Assembly: GCF_009914755.1 (NCBI RefSeq)
Contig: NC_060928.1
Direction: 5' to 3' (one strand)
DNA: 64,000 nucleotides
From: the human T2T-CHM13v2.0 reference genome, Homo sapiens
The position numbers were made by a program, and so were the translations under genes. Shown piece after piece: positions 56,962 through 64,000 of this stretch; position 1 is the stretch's first letter; each line of letters begins with the position of its first letter. The notes under the pieces are model-generated. The model was not told where the DNA came from. It saw only the letters and a list, made by a program, of their open reading frames with translations, and did no database searches.

Positions 56962-56993
56962 TAATTAAATTTTCAGTTTGACTATTTCTTTCA

Positions 56994-57312
<319 letters not shown>

Positions 57313-57468
57313 TGTGTTATTAGTAGCTATATAAAATATAGCAATATAGCACAGTATTCTTACACTATTTTGTAATAGACCCTTTTATTTTTGGATGGTT
57401 TTAGTTTTACAGAATTACTGTGAAGATAGAATAGAGCTTCCCATACCCACTTTCCCCTATTATAAGAT

Positions 57469-57771
57469 AGGCTGTGCACAGTGGCTCATGCCAGTAATCC
57501 TAGCACTTTGGGAGGTCAAGGCAGGTGGATTGCTTCAGCTCAGGAGTTCAAGACCAGCCTGGGCAACATGGTGAAACCCCATCTCTACCAAAAATACAAA
57601 AAATTAGCTGGGCATGGTGGTGCCCATCTGTGATCTCAGCTACTTGGGAGGCTGAGGTGGGAGGATTACTTGAGCCCAGGAGGCGGAGGTTGCAGTGAGC
57701 AGAGATTATGCCACGGTACTCCATCCTGGATGACAGAGCGAGACTCCATCTCAAAAAAACAAAAACAAAAA
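57469..57771 (+). mobile_element. Alu (AluJ/S-like)
   Basis: Full-length sense Alu. Confidence 0.9.
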
Positions 57772-58147
57772 CATACTACATTAGCATAGTACATTTGTCA
57801 CAATTAACCAATATTGGCACGTAATTATTAAAGTCCATATTTTATTCAGATTACCTCACTTTTCCCCAATGTCTTTTTTTTTTTTTTTTTTTTCTGTTCA
57901 AGGATCCCATCTAGGATAGCATATTACCTTTAGTGGTCATGTATCCTTTCATTTTGACAGTTTCTCAGATTTCCTTGTTTTTGATGACAAGTTGATAGTT
58001 TTGAAGATTACTGCCTGGTCAGGTATTTTGTAGACTGTCCCTCAGTTGGGACTTGTCTGCTGTTTTTCTCATTAGACTGGGTGATATGTTTCTAGGAGGA
58101 AGATCACAGAAGTAAAGTGCCATTCCCATCACATCATATCAAGAATA

Positions 58148-58462
<315 letters not shown>

Positions 58463-59800
58463 AGAATACAAACTATTAATATGACAGTACCATTGATATT
58501 AACCTTGACTACTTGGCTTGAGATAATGTTCATCAGTTTTGTCCACTGTAAAGTTACTCTGTTTTCCCCCTCCTTTTGTATATTGTACTTTTTAGAAGAA
58601 AGTCTCTCTGTGAAGCACACAATTGGGAATTGGGGAATTATGCTTTACCTCTTTAAGGGTGAAGTGTCTACATAAATTTTTGAAAAATCTTCTATAAGAG
58701 TTTTTTGTCTATTCTCCCCTTTCAGTCGTTTATTTATATCAGTCTGACTCATGGATATTTATTTTATACTTAAGGGTAAATCCAGTAGTACTTTATTACT
58801 TTGTTGCTCAAATTGTTTCAGCTGTGGCCACTGGGAGCTCTTTTAGTTGGTTCCTGTATTCCTTTGACATACTCCTGTCATTGTGAGACTTTTGTTCTTG
58901 TTTTGTTTGTTTGTTTGTTTTTGAGCACTTTTAACTTTCTGGTATTACAAAATGCTCTAGGCTCACCTTGTGTATTACCTACCACAGGCCTAGAATCAGC
59001 CTTTTCTCCAAGGAGCACTGATTCCTTCTATTGGAGAATAGTATTAGAAACCAATATCTGGGCACTATGTTTGCTCATTGCTGTTGGAATGTCATTGCTT
59101 CTAGGCCCTCCCAGTGGACAGAGTAAGGAAATATATGTGTGTACACTAACTCATGTATATACACATATCTATAAATATTTCTATATGTAACTATATATAT
59201 GTTAAGCTATATTTTCAGTTTATTTCCTGTGAGCATTTTTCATTAAAAAAATTACCTGTGAATATTGAAGGGGTTTATTTTACATGGTTTTGGGAATTTA
59301 GTAACAAAAAGTAACTCTCCAATTATCCATTGCTAAGGGACAAAAGCAGTTCAGATAATACCAAATAACAGGTAACCTGTTTGATCTTTGAATGAAATCA
59401 ATTACAACAACAGAGATGACCACCTCTCTTGGTTCTTGGTTGGCTTCACTGCTAATGTTCTGGAACTGAGCCATCTATGAAGAATGAGGCCACAGCATAC
59501 TGAATAATTTAGAGTTAATTTACAGCTAGTTTTCTTTTCAGAGAGTAATTTAGTTTTGAGAGTCTTATCATTTTACTTCTCATTGGTTTCTCTGTAACAC
59601 AGTCTGAGTGGGGAAATTTAAAAAGACTTCTGCAGACAGTCAGTTTTGTTACCTAAGAGTTGGTTATGGTGGTAGAGATAGGCATAGTTGAAAATCTGTT
59701 AGGTTAACTTTTAAATTGTTTCTTATTATGCATATAATTCAGAAGTAACTATTTTGTCAGGGCTTTCTATTTTTGAATTATCTAGACTGATGTGTTTATC

Positions 59801-60110
59801 TTTTTTTTTTTTTTTTTTTTTTTGAGGCAGAATCTCAATCTGTTGCCCAGGCTGGAGTGTAGTGTCACAGTCTCGGCTTACTGCAACCTCTGCCTCCCAG
59901 GTTAAGCGATCCTCCTACCTCAGCTTCCTGAGTCACTGGGACCCCAGGTGCGTGCCACCATGCCTGGCTCATTTTTGTATTTTTTTTTTTATAGAGACGA
60001 GGTTTTGCCAGGTTGCCCAGGCTGATCTTGAACTCCTGGGCTTAAGTGATCCACTGGCCTTGGCCTCCCAAAGTGCTGGGATTACAGGCTTGAGCCACCA
60101 TGCCTGGCCC
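59801..60110 (-). mobile_element. Alu (AluJ-like)
   Basis: Antisense Alu; TSD gatgtgtttatctt. Confidence 0.9.
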
Positions 60111-62325
60111 GATGTGTTTATCTTAATAAGCAACCTGAACTTAATTTATCAATATGTAAAAGAACTTGTAGGTATTTAGCAAAATAGCTTTTACAGATAC
60201 CAGATAGTTGTTAATATAAAGACAGAAGAATAATGTAAGTTATTCTGTATTATCTTCTTTGGTTATTCTATTTATAAAAATAAATGTAATATACTTTGAA
60301 CATATTGTGTGGTAAGCCATTTCCATTTCTTTTGCATTGGACAGTAAGGAAAATGATTCGTTTTTCTTCTTGTTAGGAGAACTGTCATCAGAAAACAAAA
60401 TCATTTTAAATTGTTTTGACTGAAAAGCTTCTATATTTTGGATATTTTCAACTCTGAACATATAGTTTTAAAATGGAGTCATGTATGGTAACTCAATTTT
60501 TTATTGTAAACAAGTCAGTTCAACTTGAAAATTAATATTCAGTTACGAAATCAAAACAAGTCTTTTCCAGGTTTTAAGCAATGTCATCTTGGTATAAGCT
60601 CTGTTTTCTGAATATAAACCTATTTTCATTGTAATTTCTAAAAATCCAGTAGGTTTCTGGATTTTGTAAAGACGTAAATACAGATATAATTTTGCAAATT
60701 TCTTAGTATTTTATTTTGAGGTGAGAATTTTGTTATAGTTTATAAAAGATATTTTCCTCTTCAGACCTCAGGGCTATTTTGGGACCTACAAATAAGTATG
60801 ACCACCAGCTGCTTCAATTCTTGCTATTCAAAAGGTTAATAGTCTTTAAGTTAAATATAATGTGATATTATTCAACAGAAAGAATATGTTTTTCCTTTTT
60901 AACCTCGAACAAATTCTGTATCTGATGTTTAAAAAGTATTTTTAAAAGTTGTGGTAATATAAAAATATGTGGAAATTGTGGCTGAAGCATTAAAAATAAC
61001 TTGCAAAATAAATATATTCTAATGGTAAAGAAAAAACTGATCTTACCATTCTGTTCCTGTTTATCCATGAATGAGAAAAGATGGGCATATTCCAGTAGAT
61101 TTCATCAAAAGTGAAAGAAATAGAGCCACTTAAAAAAATCTTTAGAATAATAACTGATCTCTGGAATATCAAGTCTAAAGAAACTAAGCAAAATCACTTT
61201 AAAACAAGCCCAAGTTTTGCTACTTTTTGCTCTCAGTGTTTTCTATTTACCTCCTTTTATTGTCCTTGACTCACCAGTCAGAAGTTCTTGATGCTGTATA
61301 TCATTATTTATAGTACTTTTCAAACTTTTTTTTACTAAAGTACCTTTAGAAAGAGTAATAACCCTTTAGACATTTCTTTGAAGACTCATATTTTATCATA
61401 AAAATTCAGTAAATTTCTTTGAAGACTTATGTGTGTTGTTTTATTCAAGTGAATTTTGCTTTAGATTCTATATTTAGTGAAAAATAATGTAAATTCATAT
61501 TCCAGTATGATGTGCCATGTTTATCTTGTCTGCTATGGTTGTATCTGCCCTCCTGTGTCTTGGGCATACCACTTCAGACCACCTGTTATATGAGTACCTG
61601 AATTTGAAAAGCTCCCATTATGATTTATGTTCAACAACACTCCTGCCACAGATCCTTTATCATTAGACTTCTGAATCTTTAAACTCAGTGTTGTCATGGA
61701 GACTCTGAAGGGGTTTTAGGGATCCTGGCAAATCTAATACCTCCTGCCCTCTCTTTCCTGGGTGCTAAGAAGACCTTAAATGCATTTAAGAGTGGTAGAG
61801 TATAAAACTCTCCCTCACTAAAATTTGGGAAATGATCTTACAAGGTTTTCCTCTGTATAGATTTGGTCTATTCAGTATGTATATATAAAAATGTGATTTT
61901 TATAGTAAAATCAAAGCAGCTACAAAGAGTTGGATGGATTTTAAACTTGAGGTGACAAATTCTAATTAATAATTCACTTTGTAGGTCTTTGGTTCTTACA
62001 CTCTTTTGTTAGCAAATACCTCTGGCTGATTTACAGTAGAACCCCCAGAGATGACTTAATGACATTTTGGCCTCCAATATAACTGGTTTGTGAGGGCTGA
62101 ACATCAGTGGTGGTTTTGTAATAGTAATTTATCACTCTGTTTTAAAGACAGCTTTCAAAGATAACTGAATTCATACAAAAATTAGAAAATGTATAACCTA
62201 AACAGCATAAATTATATAGGTCATTAACTTCTTAAGTCTTGTTACTCCCATGTATTTTGTTATCAAAGTTATAAACAAGAAGACCTTTAAGAAATAAATA
62301 TGAAGTGGATCAGAGCACTTAAAGA

Positions 62326-62397
62326 ATGAGCCGAGATAGCACCATCGTACTCCAGCCTGGGCAACAAGAGCGAAACTCCGTCTCAAAAAAAAAAAAA
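62326..62397 (+). mobile_element. Severely 5'-truncated Alu (3' ~60 bp plus tail)
   Basis: tgagccgagat..ccagcctgggcaacaagagcgaaactccgtctc(A)n. Confidence 0.85.
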
Positions 62398-62525
62398 TGA
62401 TATATATATATATAATATATATATAATATTTAGTACCTATCTCTGTAATTCTCAGAAATTTGATTTATGTTTCTCTATCTGCCTTGAGTTATTTGGTCTT
62501 TTCCAGAGCTGAATGATAATGATGT

Positions 62526-62858
62526 ACAGTGGTCTTCCCATAGTCTTGGGGGAGATGTTCCAAGACCCACATACCTGAAACTGTGGATAGTCCCAAACTC
62601 CATATGTACTAAGTTTTCTCCTATACATACATACCTATGATAAAGTTTAATTTGTAAATTAGACACAATAAGAGATTAACAACAGTAATAATAAAATAGA
62701 ACAATTATAACAACATATTTTCTTAGTCTGTTTGAGTTGCTATAAAGGAATATCTGAGGCGGAGTAATTTATAAAGAAGAGAGGTTTATTTTCAGACCAT
62801 GGTTGACAGCTGATAAACTGTGGGAAGCTAAAACATGGATAAGGTGGGGGACCTACTA
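62526..62858. mobile_element. MER44-like Tigger MITE containing a short MST/THE1 fragment (~62720-62790)
   Basis: gttccaagacccc..cctgaaactgtggatagt and ttttcagaccatggttgac..ggataagg termini. Confidence 0.65.
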
Positions 62859-63089
62859 TATTTTCCTCATTGGTGCTGTTTTATACAGGCGGTCAAATGA
62901 TAACTCCTATTTCACAAGAAAGTAAGACAGCAAAAACGAACTGCCTGAACCTTCCATTTTTCCATGTTACTCTTCACTATCTCTACAGGTTCCTTCTTCC
63001 TTTATTCTGGCCTCACTGGAAGAGATTTTCTTCTTTTATTTAAAGGGTAATTCCTCTACCTTTGTTCAGAATTTCTTACTGTTTTTAAA

Positions 63090-64000
63090 AAACTTTTCAT
63101 CTAATTTTAGACTTGCGGAAGAGCTGCAAAAATAGTAGAGTTCCCTTACATTCCTCACCCCATTTCCCCTAATGCTAACATCTTACATAACCATAATATA
63201 ATTATTACAAGTAGGAAATGAACATTGATATAATATTATTGATTAAACTATAGCTCTTATTAGAATGAAACCAAATTTTCAACTACTGTCTGTTTTCAGT
63301 CCCAGGGTCCTATATAGGAACTCACATTGAATTTAGCAATTTCTCCGTAGTCTCTTTTAAAGTTTCTAACATTTTGCTTGTCTTTTATGACTATGACACT
63401 TTTGAAGAATACTAATCAGTTATTTTTAGAATATCTCGCAGTTTAGGTTTGTCTGATGTTTTCTCATGATTGGACTGAGCCTATGCATTTTTGGCAAGAA
63501 TACCACAAAAATGATGTTGTGTCTTTCTTAGTGCATTGTATTGAGGGGTTTATGATATATGTCTTACTACTTATGATTACTTGATCACTTGGTTGAGTGT
63601 GTTGTTTTTACACTGTGAAGTTACTATCTTTCCCTTTTTAGTTGGTAAGTATCTTGTTGGAGCTACGTGGAGACTGTGTAAATCCTGTTTCTCCTCAAAC
63701 TATTGCTCTCTAATTTTAGCATCTCTCAAGTGGATCTTGTCTGCAGTATTTGTGATATTTGCCTGATGTTGATTGTTTCCCACTTTGCTTCCTATGTTAA
63801 TTTACTTATCGTCTATTGTGAAGAAGAGTTGTCGCTTTTCCTCCATTTACTTATCAGATTGTTTATATCAATATGGACTCATTAATATTTTACTCCTTGT
63901 TTTTGATCTAGTACTATCATTTATTTTGTTGCTGTATTCGTTCCAGCATTGGCTGTTATGGGCTCCTTCAGGTTGGCTCCTGTGTTCTTTCAACAAACCC
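63090..64000 (-). mobile_element. Ancient L1M (L1MC/MD-like) 3' region
   Basis: aattttagactt..gaagagctgcaaaaatagtagagttcc..ctaatgctaacatcttacataacc. Confidence 0.6.

Overview
Primate (human-like) genomic DNA, repeat-rich, with no prokaryotic features. It contains one clear protein-coding gene, TIGD4 (minus strand, single-exon 512-aa CDS at 38536-40074, a domesticated pogo/Tigger transposase). TIGD4 sits head-to-head across a CpG-island promoter (~48.1-49.4 kb) with a plus-strand gene whose non-coding first exon and long intron fill the rest of the window; this is probably ARFIP1, from recalled gene order rather than from sequence here. Downstream of TIGD4 lie a near-complete 5.8-kb HERV-H provirus with two 441-bp LTR7s and ATAAC target-site duplications (TSDs), a MER52-like LTR carrying a 70-bp tandem array and interrupted by a 5'-inverted L1PA2/3, and an old-subfamily SVA. 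About 24 Alus and several Tigger, hAT, MaLR, L2, L1M and CR1 fossils are also present. No new system can be proven from sequence alone. The best candidate is the HERV-H locus: very similar LTRs with an LTR7up-like SOX motif, an AUG-initiated ESRG-like leader ORF, an intact splice donor and candidate downstream exons. Repeat subfamily names and boundaries were assigned by eye and need RepeatMasker/Dfam confirmation.
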